Assembly: GCA_051362555.1 (NCBI GenBank)
Contig: CM120643.1
Span: 2,232,001-2,296,000 of the forward strand
DNA: 64,000 nt
Source of the DNA: Lingula anatina
Lineage: Eukaryota > Animalia > Brachiopoda
Reading direction: 5' to 3'
Shown: positions 35,726 to 48,384 of the stretch, one piece after another
Numbering within the stretch: position 1 is the first letter of the stretch
Layout: every line of letters starts with the position of its first letter
The notes under the pieces: model-generated
What the model was told of the DNA's origin: nothing
Database searches by the model: none
The model's input: only the letters and a program-made list of their open reading frames with translations
Made by a program: the position numbers and the translations under genes

Positions 35726-37865
35726 TTGGCGCCTTTTTCGTCCGAGATTAATGTAGCGGTATAAAAGGATCACATTCTACGGTGCACAGGTATTTGTCAT
35801 TTTTTAAACATAATGCTACAGGTAGCGCACGTTGCTGACTTACCGACTCTGTTGAATAACTCCCGGGAAGATTTTGTACAATATAGGAAGAGACTAACTG
35901 CTGCCATTTTGTTTTGGAAAAGTGTGCCCCCCCCCCCTCTCCCCCCCTCCAACCACCCCCGGGGATCTCCCCATGAATCATTCCTTATTCATCGTTGTAG
36001 ATTCGAGTTAAAGAAAGGAAACACGGAGGCACCACGTTGAAAGATGACGTCTACATGATGAGAGACGACTTCCATGAGTTCAAGGAGTCCATGGATGGAA
36101 ATAAGGTGGTCAGTTTCCTGATGATCGATAGATACAACTACACGATGCAGTTTGGAGGTCTGGCGCCAACTTTTTTGAAGATGGATCTAGACGGTTTTGA
36201 CACGTAAGAGCCAATGGTCTTGCACAGTGCCCGGCTTTTGAAATTGAAGTTACCTTTATAAAACTTAGCTTTCATTTATTGTGAATGTACACGTCTACAT
36301 GTATTCTCTTTTAATTATAATAGAGCTTCAGTTTATACTAGAAAAATATATGGGTTTTCGCCGTTAATTTTCATGTAATGCAGTATTAATGGGTGGATAT
36401 TGATGGTATACTTTTTATTTTGAAAAAAATTCTTGAGTGCAGCAGTGAACGTGTTCGGCTTGGGATATGCTTCCCGAAAGAATCAACAGGCTTCTCCGTT
36501 AAGTTAACTGGAATGGGTACTCATACAGTGGTGACTGACTATGACGTGTTTGAGCAGACCTCCCTGACCACTCCCCTGGTGGCTTACTGGGATAGTTCCA
36601 CAGGGTAAGACTGGGTTCCCATACCTAAATCGATCTAGCAGGATCGATCCATCTCCGAGGGGTTTCCCGCTTAATTGCTTTCAGCCTACTGACACGCATA
36701 CTGAAGCTGGTCATGTTTGATCCGCGGATCTGTTAGTCCGCGGATCAAAGTTTTTTGTAAATGCGACCTATGATTCAATGTCAGTGTTTCCTCGGTATCA
36801 TTACATTATGCGCGCCACGACTTTATTACTTTGGTAACCAAGCTCTTAGTCAGGGAACACAACTTACGTTTTTTGTTTTTTGTTGTTTTTTTTGTTTGTT
36901 TTTTTTATGTGTGTGAAACGAAGGCCTTGTGTTTAACACTAAGTGAGCCCTCAAAACTAACGATGATTTCTTCTCATGTTCCAGGTTGCTGTCCGTCATA
37001 CTAACTGGTCGGTTTGCCAGAGCCGAAGGAGACTTTTACGTCTGCCCAAGAAAGAAGTGTTCTTTCCTGGAGATCTCGCGGACCGCGGTTGCAGGAGAGG
37101 GACCTGTCGACTGCCAGTCTGACGCTTACGTCACTGGCCCGTATGCCGCCGCCATGCCGGTAGGTCACTTCCCGCTTAGAAGCCTCGTTTTGGAAATTCA
37201 GTCAATATAGGCAATTGATTACTGAGTAAGAGGCATTTTGCGCCCTCCAAATGCAATGCTTAAGATAAAATACATTTCCTGGCTTATTTGAAATAAATTA
37301 TTTTAAGTGACTGTGAAAGCAACGTACTCTGAAACACATAGGAAGAGATAAAGTTACAAAGTTACATGTACACAGCCGTTAATTATATTTACCGACAATT
37401 TTCTACAGCATCATTTTTATTACTCAGGAGGCCGACTCAAGACAGTTTTTTTACAAGGACCTGAACTTTGGGACCACTCTCCCGACTTCTGTAAGCACAG
37501 TTCTCATAATTTACCGCTTATAGATGAGTTTTTGTATATATTATGTTTGTAAGTGATTCAAGTCACAGTTTCGAGACAGTAGGCTTCGTGTTCCTTATTT
37601 TGCAAAATCACCATATACATACCAACAGGTTTAAATCGTATATAGGGATATTTTACATGCATTTTTTAAGTACCGTATTTTTTTTATTCTATTTTTATTT
37701 TATTTTATTTATTTTTATCTACTGCTTAATTTTTTATATCTATTCATTTTATTTATTTATTTATTTATTTATATATCAGTTAGACAATCTAAAGTTAACA
37801 CCCTTCTTTCCACCTTCCAGTGGGGTGCTGGCGCTACCAAGCCCTTCGCCAGCAGAACCAAGTAG
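24931..37865 (+). CDS. Secreted CEMIP/TMEM2-like protein (G8 + GG/ILEI + parallel beta-helix), 23 coding exons, about 1072 aa
   Basis: Exons: 24931-25053, 25435-25672, 26322-26488, 27023-27137, 27521-27664, 28111-28347, 28545-28649, 29141-29310, 29629-29701, 30175-30308, 30770-30903, 31160-31226, 31845-31976, 32473-32639, 33459-33494, 33651-33782, 34306-34492, 35440-35649, 36001-36203, 36443-36604, 36985-37159, 37428-37490, 37821-37865. All introns GT-AG, phases consistent, total 3219 nt. Family motifs: GGSLEIHG, WKPGDVVVVSSTDYD, VDMRAEVSLLTRN, DTFGG, YPIHFH, SRCVTVHGT, GHCFYLEDG, FWITNP, FYDLDGSVTG. N-terminal signal-peptide-like segment. Confidence 0.92.
26502..26649. mobile_element. MITE family B (other copies ~21784-21920, 36710-36770 partial, 48793-49054, 57194-57370)
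   Basis: ~50-bp near-perfect TIR AGCGCATTCGGAACAGCGGACGAACAGATCCGCGGATCAAATATGGCCGA; the same motif marks the ends of the other copies. Confidence 0.85.
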
Positions 37866-38519
37866 ACCATCACGACCACCCGGAAAGAATCGACAAGGAA
37901 GACTGTTTGAATTAATCTGTCCCACGGTAACTCATAAACTCAGATATGCCATGAGAACAAATGTATGAGTTTCAAAAACTCACATACTGATCCTAGCGAC
38001 AACGCTTTAAATCTTGATAAGATTTTTTCTTTTTCATTTTCCTTCAAGGAACTATATACATGTAGTAACCGCTGGCATGAACATTCTACTGAAAATATGA
38101 ATTATAGACGATACCGGTGTAAAGCTTTAAGCTATCGTATAAGTAACACTGTGACCATGAGGTAAGTGGATTGAGATGCCATTGAAGCATTTAGCTTTGA
38201 TGATTTATACAAATGTACTGAGAGCCGTAGTTTCATTAAAACATATATACATTTGCAAAGCAGAACAATCGTACTTTGTTTGGCGTTCTTTTTCTAGGCA
38301 CTCTATATAATGTAGCTATCCCTTTTCTCTGGTATGGTTTGTACCCGAATTATACAAACACGAAACTCGTTGAGTGAAGTGGTTTACCGATATGACTTGG
38401 GTACGTCGGGGGCAGGGGTGCTTTTCGTCTTTAACCATCGCGAAACCCCCTTTTTCTCGAATATTAAACAAATAGAAAATAAATAAAAACAGATATGGTG
38501 TTATTGCAAAAGAGGAAAG

Positions 38520-38893
38520 TGTAATATACAGGACACCAAATCCAATGCAGACGGCGATGTTTTAAAGTTTAGCACTACTATCGCAATCGTTGTGTTTTGT
38601 TTACCAGGTAAATTCTGCAAGGCGATTGAAACTACTGCCATCGTTTCCCTTTATTGTCATCTTCCTTTGAAACATAAAAAGCTAAGCTGGTTGAGTCACA
38701 TTAGTAAACGGAAAAACGTTTTTGTGATTTACAGTAGAAAAAGATGGGAAAGAGAGAGAGGGAGAGAGAGGGCGGAGAGAGGAGGGAGAGATTGTGTCAA
38801 CAACAGAAAATACCCTTATGAATTATTTATTTTCAAAGAAAGAGAGATAGAGAGATTAAAAATGGCATAATTACGAAATAGAAAGAAAAATTA

Positions 38894-38933
<40 letters not shown>

Positions 38934-39785
38934 TTTATTTCTTAAAACCGCACTACACTAGCGTCTCAGTGCTGTTTACAGGTAAAATTATCAGGATTAC
39001 AACTAATTATATATATAATAAAAGCTAAGGTAAAAAACAATTAAAATAATTAAAGCTGGTTAAAATAGTAATGGTCTGAACAATAAAACTTTTTTTCTGA
39101 TAAAATGAGAAAATATTAATTAAAATACTGTGCAAATAAGAATGTTTTTAAATCTTTTTTAAAAACCTCAACACTGTCAATAGTCCGAATGTGTGAGGGT
39201 AATTGATTCCATAAAATTGGTGCTGAAATTGAAAATGCCCTGTGGCCGTATGTTTTGGTTGTTTTTTTATTATCATTTCTGATAAAACAAGGAGTGGAGG
39301 TGGATCTGGTAGATCTGGTGAGACTGGGTGTACTTGGATGTAGCATCGAGTTAAAATATGAGGGGCATTCACCTCTGGTGAATTTAAAAACAAACAACAG
39401 TAATTTAAAAACAATTCTCTGTCGTACAGGAAGCCAATGTAGTTCGAATAAAATGGGTGAAATGTTTGATCTGAGAGGGATTTTGGTCAGTAGTGGTGCT
39501 GCAGCATTTTGGACCGATTGCAATTTTTCAATTTGATAGGTAGGAAGACCATACAGTAGACTGTTTCCGTAGTCAAAATGTGAGGTTATAAAGGCATGGA
39601 CACCACATTCAATGAAGGCGGCGATGTTTCAATGTAATTCACAACTATCGCAATCGTTGTGTATTGTTTACCAGGTAAATTCTGCAAGAAATTGGGAACT
39701 ACTGTTACCGTGTCCCTTAATCCTTTGAAACGTGGAATGCGTAAAAGCGTAGCACGGTGTGTTGTGAACGACTTTTTGATTTACT

Positions 39786-39820
<35 letters not shown>

Positions 39821-41620
39821 GTCATGAAACAGTGTCTTTTATGGTTTATTTCAAAGTGAGAGAGAGAGGGAAAGAAAGAGAGAGAGATTGTGTCAACAAC
39901 AAAAATAATCAAGTTAATTAATTAATTTATTTCAAATATCACACTTCTTAAAGAGCATATTTACAAATATGGGAAATGGCACTTGCTTTTGGTTGGGTGT
40001 TCTACACACCAGAATCACCGATTACGATTTTTATTCTGTGCATTAGCCGTTAACAAAAACACTGAAAAACGTGCACTGCAACATAATGTAACGTTGAATT
40101 TTAACTCAGTGCAATATGTATATCTTCCTTGTTTTTGAACTTCTAAAATGAAGCCTGTGAATACCGAAAAAGACCGAAGATGGTCGACAATTACATGTAG
40201 TGTCCTATGCTATCACTTTGTGTTGAGAAAAAAATAATAATTAAGCAACGTTAAAGTTATATCTTCATGAAAGCGTGTGCACAAAATGTTAATTTAAAAT
40301 GAATTTTGTAAGATTTTTCTTCGGGCAAAACATGTCAAATTAACAGAAGATTTAATATCGACGCTTTGGTGCCTTAAGACGGGTCGGACTTGCACCGTCG
40401 TTGACTCTTGTTTCTTTACTGGCGTTTTACGACACGTCGTTTTTTTTTTTGTTTTTTTTCGGCAAACTTTTTTAATTCACAGACACTCTTGGTGCATGAT
40501 CTACAGAATCGGGCCGGTAATGTAGTCTTGATGTAAATAAGAACCCAAGTTTTTATTGCATAAAGTCGTTTCTCCTGCCTGGCTCAGTAGGGGGCCTTTC
40601 CGTCGCGTTTTATCGTTGCGCAACTCCAACGCCACGCCAGTTCCCAGAATCACAGATGATAGTCAGATATTGGGTTTACTTATTTCGCCGTCAGAATCCT
40701 TTTAAACTCTGAAATTAAGAAGGCAAAATGTGAATATTATGTATACTTCAAAAAAGCCGTATTTGCATAATTGCAACAGGTGGTCTACCAATACGACACA
40801 GAGGTCTTTTACAAGTGATATTCTTAGATGACTTTAAAGTTAAGCCGCCGCGCTGACGTCAACGGGGACAGGAAAACTAGCAAGGAGCTTATTCTTATGT
40901 TGGGAAATTATATACATAAGGGATAGTAAGATGAATAGAGAAAGACTACCGAAAGAGGATGAGGGTCTCTTCAGGTATTTTCTAAGTATTTTCGGTGTTT
41001 CTCATAAGATATACAATTCATTGTATTCATCACGATATGTTGCTACTGGTAGGGTTTCGTCCTCCGGCTTCAAACTCTTATCACGAAATATTGACGTTAC
41101 CTCAGTAGATAAGGGAATTATAGAAAGCGTCTTGTGCAACATTATTTACCTGTAAAATTTACTGTGCCGTCACCGTCAACGTCAGCTTCTTGGATCATTT
41201 CACGAACCTCAGCCTGGAATAACAAGAATAATGAGGATAAATTTTAAGAATGAATTGATCTCTAATTTACACTGCATATCATTTAAAATATACATTTCTT
41301 TATGTCGATGTCGGGAGATTTTTATGTTATTTAGGCTGTCGTTAATTGATATTCCCAAATGAAGCATCAGGACCAAAATACAGTCAGATTATTTCTCACC
41401 AATTATAATGTCAATGCCGAATCTCTACATTCATAACAAATATGGCTTCAAATGCTAGTGACGTTTTAAGTAGTATTTCCACTCCCGAAATACATACCAC
41501 ATATTTTACGAACGATATTCAGGACCGTGACTAGAATTTTGATTTAGGGTGTTTTCAAAAAAAACTTGGACTTTTTGTATAATATAGGAGTTTTGAGACT
41601 ATTTAGTTTTCCATCTAAGG
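38520..41620. repeat. Segmental duplication with ~60960-64000 (3' end of the calmodulin-like gene)
   Basis: Colinear, same-orientation similarity over about 3 kb; the exons are identical while introns and UTR carry substitutions and indels. Confidence 0.93.
38900..39612 (-). mobile_element. 5'-truncated L2/CR1-group LINE (RT C-terminus plus 3' tail)
   Basis: HAFITSHFDYGNSLLYGLP...LQSVQNAAA...LHWLPVRQRIVFK...RAFSISAPILWNQLP; (TTA)n tail near 38900; a similar tail lies near 50200-50300. Confidence 0.9.
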
Positions 41621-43161
41621 TTTCAATCTAAAATTTAGTAACGAAAAATCGTTTTTATACTAGCCACAGTTAGTTAGTGCACACGGAATATTGGTTTGAT
41701 CCAAAATGACGGCCTCCCCGGCAAACCGTCGACCCGGCTAAAGAGCTGCTATTGTTGCAAGACGTGCTGGCTTTTTCCCGTCAGATATCTGAACTAAGTA
41801 TTCTCAGTTGTATTTCTAGTTTCGCCATTTGTTTGCCATTAAACAGATTGCCCATATCGTGAATGGGGCATTTATTACTCTCTGATATCGATTCAAGTGT
41901 GCAATATTAACTTTGCTCTACATTTTCACTATGCTGCTGGCGTTTCAAGGCTGAAAACAGACGCTGTGTACAGCGCTCGACTTAACAGTTCACTTACATG
42001 TAACTCACCTTTGTTATGACTTCTCCTATTTTTGTTAAGACGTCGTAAAGTTCGTCTGCGTCTATGTGCCCGTCACCGTTTTGGTCGAAAACGTGAAACA
42101 CGTCCAACAATTCTTTCTCCGGATCCCTGCTTTTGTTTTTCGACATCATACTTAAAAATTCGTCGAATTCTATCGTTCTGCTTCCTGTGAAAAAAAAGAT
42201 GAAAAGGAAACTATTAGAAGGTTTGTAAAAATGATAGATTTTTAACGATAAATATATTGAAAGTAACCCCTAGCGGATTGTATTTTAACCTAGGCATCTG
42301 CCCTGTATATCCCCCTGCCTCGTTAAGTACAGTCAGTATATTGCACGTCAGTAAACGCCAGCATGATTGTCTTGTGATCGTCTGCAGAATAACATTTCAA
42401 ACCCAATGATACTGAGTGACGCATTTTGCCGTAATTTAGTTGATCTAACGAAGAATATAAGATATGAAAACGGAATCTATTTTTGTCTCGCACCTTCAGT
42501 CTGGCATTTCATCATACCGTTGAGCTATGCGTATAGATGCAATAACGTTAAATAAGAAGATAAATATGTAATTGTGCTTGGGTAGGTTTATCGACGATTA
42601 AACAAAAGAAGATCGCTATAATTTCAGTTCTATGGTGCGTGGCGCGGTTTCCGATACGTTTTAACAATGTGAAAATCGTGACCGTTTTAGATACCTCGTG
42701 CGGAAATTCATAAAACAATGCACGGTGCGTGTTTAACTTCGTGTTTGATATTAAATGACTATTTATTTAATCACGACATTGCTTGATACACCATCGTTTC
42801 GTGGGCGTCAAGCAATAAACACACGCTCATGGTTGTTTCAGTGGATTGTATCAGCAAACCAAACTAAATATTGCCTGTAAAAAACTCGTTGACATGATCC
42901 TTTTGGCTTAATATTCAACCTAACAACTAACCTAACAATTTTTTAAATATATATCTTAATAAATGTTTTAATGGGAAAACCGAGAACAAATAACCCCCAC
43001 CGATAACGCTTCGAGCCACGCGCACGCGCACTTTTTTCTTTGTCTCAGCACTTTCGCCAGAACATACCTGGTTTAAGGCACTGCCGCTCTCTCCAGCATT
43101 TAAAACTAAACTGTCCATGTATCGGCATGATTGTCGCTGAGGTCGTCATAACGCACTCCAT
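40680..43161 (-). CDS. Calmodulin-like EF-hand protein, apparently C-lobe only, 120 aa, 4 exons
   Basis: Exons 43161-43068, 42184-42009, 41213-41150, 40708-40680; GT-AG introns in phases 1/0/1; 363 nt. Protein: [120 protein letters not shown]. Exons 2-4 are secure; exon 1 is inferred. Confidence 0.82.
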
Positions 43162-43344
43162 TTCTCCAGATGTATTTAATGTCAATGTACTAGTACTTGG
43201 TAAATATCTTGCCTCCACTTGAAGCGCCACAGAGAAAATGTGACAATGTCTAAAAGCGACTAAGTCCACTACGGCCAATGTGTAGCTTAACAGTAACTGA
43301 ACGCCTAAGCTGCAACTAAAAGTTCCTGGTTCTGATCAGTGGCA

Positions 43345-43385
43345 ACTGTGATCTGAGGGAGACTGGCTGGGCAGGAGTTTATATA
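43345..43385 (-). promoter_or_regulatory. TATA-box promoter for the calmodulin-like first exon
   Basis: TATATAAA at 43385-43378 (minus strand), Inr-like TCAGATC/ACAGTT about 25-35 nt downstream, then a ~190-nt ATG-free leader to GAAATGG. Confidence 0.6.
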
Positions 43386-46189
43386 CCGTAGGAAGCATGC
43401 GCAGAAGGAGGAGATAGCTGTCTGTAAATATTCAGAGAGGCAGCCTCGCTGCTTGTGTATTCAGTGGCAAAGACGGAACACTTGCCTTCAGATTATTGGC
43501 TCCGATGCTCTGCAATTGACGTAGGCGTCTCGCGAGACTCCTGACAGAACCATGGTTACACGATAATCGACTTGCTCAAATCACTTTCCGTCGTACACCG
43601 CAATACTGCAAATTAATGTCACCAGATAATTTGATTTTGACATCGGCGTGATTGTCATCCAGGTTCTAGGCCACTGCCACTGGAGAGACTGCAAGAACAC
43701 TTGTAGACATTACCCGAAGGTTTGCCTCAGGAGGAAAAACTCTCAAAAGGATAAGAGAACTTCATCTTAAAGAGACTTTTAGCAGAGAATCTGATCGGAA
43801 ATGTGTCGTCTCCTTCTGAGAAGAGACTGTCTGCGTATATAACACGTATAAACAGAAACTGCAACAATATATGTACAGTTTCTAAAGATACAATTTGTGC
43901 CAAGTAAGTATAGCCAAACAATCTCATTCTCCTTGCTGTTTTGACCTATGCGGATTCCAATTAACAGATACAGAAATAAACACAGTGACTGTTTGTTAAT
44001 TATACACACTCAGCTGTTTGTTTATTGAACACAACCCACTATACTGGTGGCCTTGGTCCCCACAAGTGCAAGCAATGTTATCTGGATTAAGATTGTCAAC
44101 AAAATCATTGGGCTTGATTAGAAATCAGGTCGGGCATACATGATTATCATGTCCTCCCATGCTGTTAATTGCAAACAGATCTCTTGGAAGTAAAAAAAAA
44201 AAAAAAACAGAAAGATGATACACGTACTATTTCAACCGTCAATCATAAGAGCAAGAAACCCAGTCGCAGATTTCTTTTTGAAAAGTTAACCCCCCCCACT
44301 CCTCCCAGTAAAAACTGGCATTCTACGTACTGCCCGATTAGTGCAAAGCATCGAGATACTTGAGACATTTTTCATGACTGCGTCCCACCACAAAGACATC
44401 GTATAAACTTTACGTATACGTAACGCCGCAGAGCAGTGGCAGTCCAAAAAATCTTCGTAAGGGGATGACGACTAAGAAATATAGACAAAAAACTAATAAA
44501 ATTATGAGACGATAGAGAAAAAAGGAATAAAATGTCAAAACATGTCACATTTTCACCTACTTTAGTCTATTGTGCAAGACTAAATGTAATTGATTTTAAC
44601 GCCTTTCAGTCTCTGTTGTGAAATGTTCGTGTTCCGATTTAGTCATCGATTTTTATTCTTGTATATTTGAATAGCTAAACATGTCTTAAAATGCTTGCAT
44701 TCTTCTTTTGAATTTTGTAAACCAATTATTTGCATTGGTATACCCTGTACATTATAAGGGATACTTGTTTCCTTGTTAATGTGCTATTAATCAATTCCCT
44801 TTTAGTTGCTGATCATGATATAAAACCATATACAAGACAACAAAATAAATTCGTAATATTTCCAAATAAGTAATGTAATAGAGTAAGATAAACGCTCCAC
44901 GACGGCCAATCCACAGGGAGTTTCAGGGTCTCTTTCTTCCCTTGGTTTCGGTTGTAAGAAACGACGGGGCGTCTTTGTGCGGGTCAATTACCCTAAAGAC
45001 CTACATGTAAGGAACTTCTTGTGCAACAAGGTATTTTTGTTTGTGGAAAAACAATTTAATTGGGGGGAAACAGGAAACGGGAAATACGTCACAGAGATTA
45101 TATAATTGTGGCTTTTCCATTGGACACCATTGTGGTGATGTTGGTTTTCACTCAATTGGTACTAGCCGACATGTGGCCAAGGTGGGTAAAATCTCGATTT
45201 CTTTATGGTGTTTGCGAGACTGTGCAACCAAGAGGCCTATCTCCTGGTTTCACGTCGCGACAGCAAGTAGAACGAACCGCAGCAAATATTGAACTGACGG
45301 GACATTTTCCAGCTAATAAAAATAATTTTACCACAAACATGAAAACGGTAGGTTGAATCATTTATTTCTGGATCGACAGCATACGGGTATTAAGTAACAA
45401 GCAGTGGCAAGCATTTTCGATTTCTAGCCCAAACAATCATTGAAGGCCACTTTCTTGTAGAGACGAAAAAACAATCAAACCTTGAAACAAAATTGCTCAA
45501 AGCCAGCAAATCACTGGTTCTATGATGCTAGTTTTGCTCAATTTTCTTCCATTTTCTTCAGAGCTACTAGACTATAAAGGTTTTCCTGTCTGTTGCGGTT
45601 AACCACACCTAGCCGTGCTATTTGACGACAGGAAGAACTATAATGAATAAAATTACAGAAATCAAGCCCCAGAAAATACGAAACATCCACCAAGAAACAA
45701 TATTTTCTTCAAATACAATTTTCGCGATCTTTTTAAATGTTTGTTCATCATCAAGCTGCAGAACTCGGCTGCTCATAATAAGAACATTGGGGTGACCTTG
45801 GGAAAAATCACAACGATTTCATAGTTATTAATTGGGAGATATGTGTAATTTAACCAATTTTCTAAAAAACACAAATAATAACCGACCTTGTTCAGCTGTT
45901 AACATTATCAACGCTGGCAAACCACAAAAACACGAAAAGAGCCCAGGAAATAAATGCAAGATTCGGGAACATGATTAGACCACTTGGCTTGGATAAAGAT
46001 TGATAGGGATAATCCTTAAATTTAATTCACTTTTAAATTCTGTACAACAGAGGAGAGGGTGGGGTACACACAGTGTAACAAACTTCAATTTCAAGTGACT
46101 CAACCAGTCCAGCCCAGCCCTAAACTCCGTGATTTTGCGATATTTTGCGTTATTTTGATTTGAAGAATTTGAAGTTAGGCGGGAGCAGG

Positions 46190-46232
<43 letters not shown>

Positions 46233-48283
46233 TTAATTGACTAAAATTTCACCAGCATTTCAGACGAGATGATTTCTGATAGAGAGAGACAACAAGAGAG
46301 AGAAAGATGGAGGATGGTTTATCTAGCTGAGAGCAGGTCAATGTGATCTAGCTGTAAAGCCGTCGCCATGACGCGGTCAGATGAAGTGTTTGGCAAATAA
46401 TCTTTGTGGTTACCGTCAATTTTATAAGAATTGTTAGACAGCATTGACATCAGAGTGTGTGCTACTTACAATTCGTGATTTCTATTCAAGGACATTTCCT
46501 TCAAAACAACCGCAAAGGCATACTGGAGTAAAAGCACCCACGGCAAGCAATCTTGATCAAGACAACCTTTCCAAGGTGTCGTCTGCTCACAATGAACATC
46601 CTAAATGTCTAAATTGACTAAAATTACCCCAGCATTTCAGATAAGATGTTTTCTATATATTAATGATTTTGTTTTGATTGCTTTGGTCTGGTTTGACACG
46701 GCACTACACTAAAAGAGTTGATTTCCTGTTCAAGGAATAAATATGAAAAAGATAAGATTACCTACACGGTGCCTTAGTGCAGAGCGTGCCCACTTTGAGT
46801 GGGAAACAACGGGGCGGTTCCTTTTTTACTATTTGAGTGAACATTTTGAATTAATTGTAAAAACAATAACCAAAATTAGCTATTTTATCTGTGCAATAAC
46901 AATATAAACCCCACGCTTGCCGCGTATAGCTTATTTTCGGGTCTAGCTCTTAAGCCGAAAGTGTGATCTTTGCCAAGAGGTCATTATAACAACTGAAAGC
47001 AAACTTTAGACGCCTTCTCGTGACATTGGATGTTTTCTTTTTCAAAAAAAAAAAAACATTTGCATGAAGTGATCACGCGCAGGTAGCTGACTCTGAGACT
47101 TGCTTCTCCTATTGTATTTGTATTTGTCGAGATAAAAAGGACGACACTGTCACGAAGACAATAAATCTGATCCATCATGAAGAGGGATATCGTCTTCCAT
47201 CCTGACAGGACAAGCATGCTACTTGTCATCTTTAATATCCAGAGTGCTGCAGCCTGTACAAATGTCACGGAATTCTTTTACAAAGTGTTGATCATGAAAC
47301 ATGTCGCCAGAGAGCGATTCTATAAATAAGTCTGAGTTCAATTGTTCCCCACCTTTAGCAAATAACCCCCAAATCGCTCTCAAATTGAGATTGTGCACCT
47401 TTCCATTCAACAAATCGGTTTACTTCTTTTAAGTCCAATGTCATTAATGTCGCAATAGTTTTTAAAGAGCCCGGACGCTACAGTCGTTTGGGGTTCTCAG
47501 TTGATTTAATCTCGCAGGTTGATGGAAGTTATTCGTTTATTGTCTTCGTTATTTCTTTTATTTATTTATTCTATTTATTTATTTTATTTACATTTGTATT
47601 GAAAAGCAAAACATATTTGGACAGGCAAACTTATATCTAAAAGAAACGACGGAGTGAGGGAGCGAAGAAGGGATGAGGGAAGAAGAGATACAGAATAGAG
47701 TATGAGTATTCCATGCCATTAAGTCAAAAACAAAATCTTGGTCTAACGGGAAGCTTTTAACAAAACTCTGGATATCCAGGGAATTATTTAATCACTAAAC
47801 CACATCCCCGTAAGGTTTTTATTAATGCAGCACGTTTGATTGTATGATAAATTAAAGCTATGTTATGAGTCAATACAGTCGGAGAATGGGGGAGAGACAG
47901 ATTCCTGAAACTGTCTCTGGCATTGCCTTCACGTGTCCCAGGTATCTTGAACACAAGCAAAGTGGACAGAACACATTAGACTACATGGCAATAACGCACA
48001 GATGGACTTCTACACTGTATCAGGTCTTGAGTAGTAACTATTAGGAAAAACTTGCCAAAATTTCTGATACATGTACTAGTCTCTGCATAAACTGGTCTTA
48101 AATTAAGAAAGAATTAAGTGGCAAATTAGGAGCCGTGAAATGGAGGAAGTGCTATCACACTGCTTAACCGTCTACTACTGTTACATGTGCGTTTGTAAAT
48201 CTTCTCAATTCACAGGCTTTGGTTTTACAGGTTCTTGGTACACGTACATACACAAGGCATTTCAAGTCCGAATAGGTGTGTGA

Positions 48284-48325
<42 letters not shown>

Positions 48326-48344
48326 GAGGGAGAGGGAGAGAGAA

Positions 48345-48384
<40 letters not shown>

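Noticed and set aside
47100-47413. Coding-looking minus-strand stretch (MLNGKVHNLNL...)
   Set aside because: In-frame stops, no recognisable motif and no convincing splice sites.
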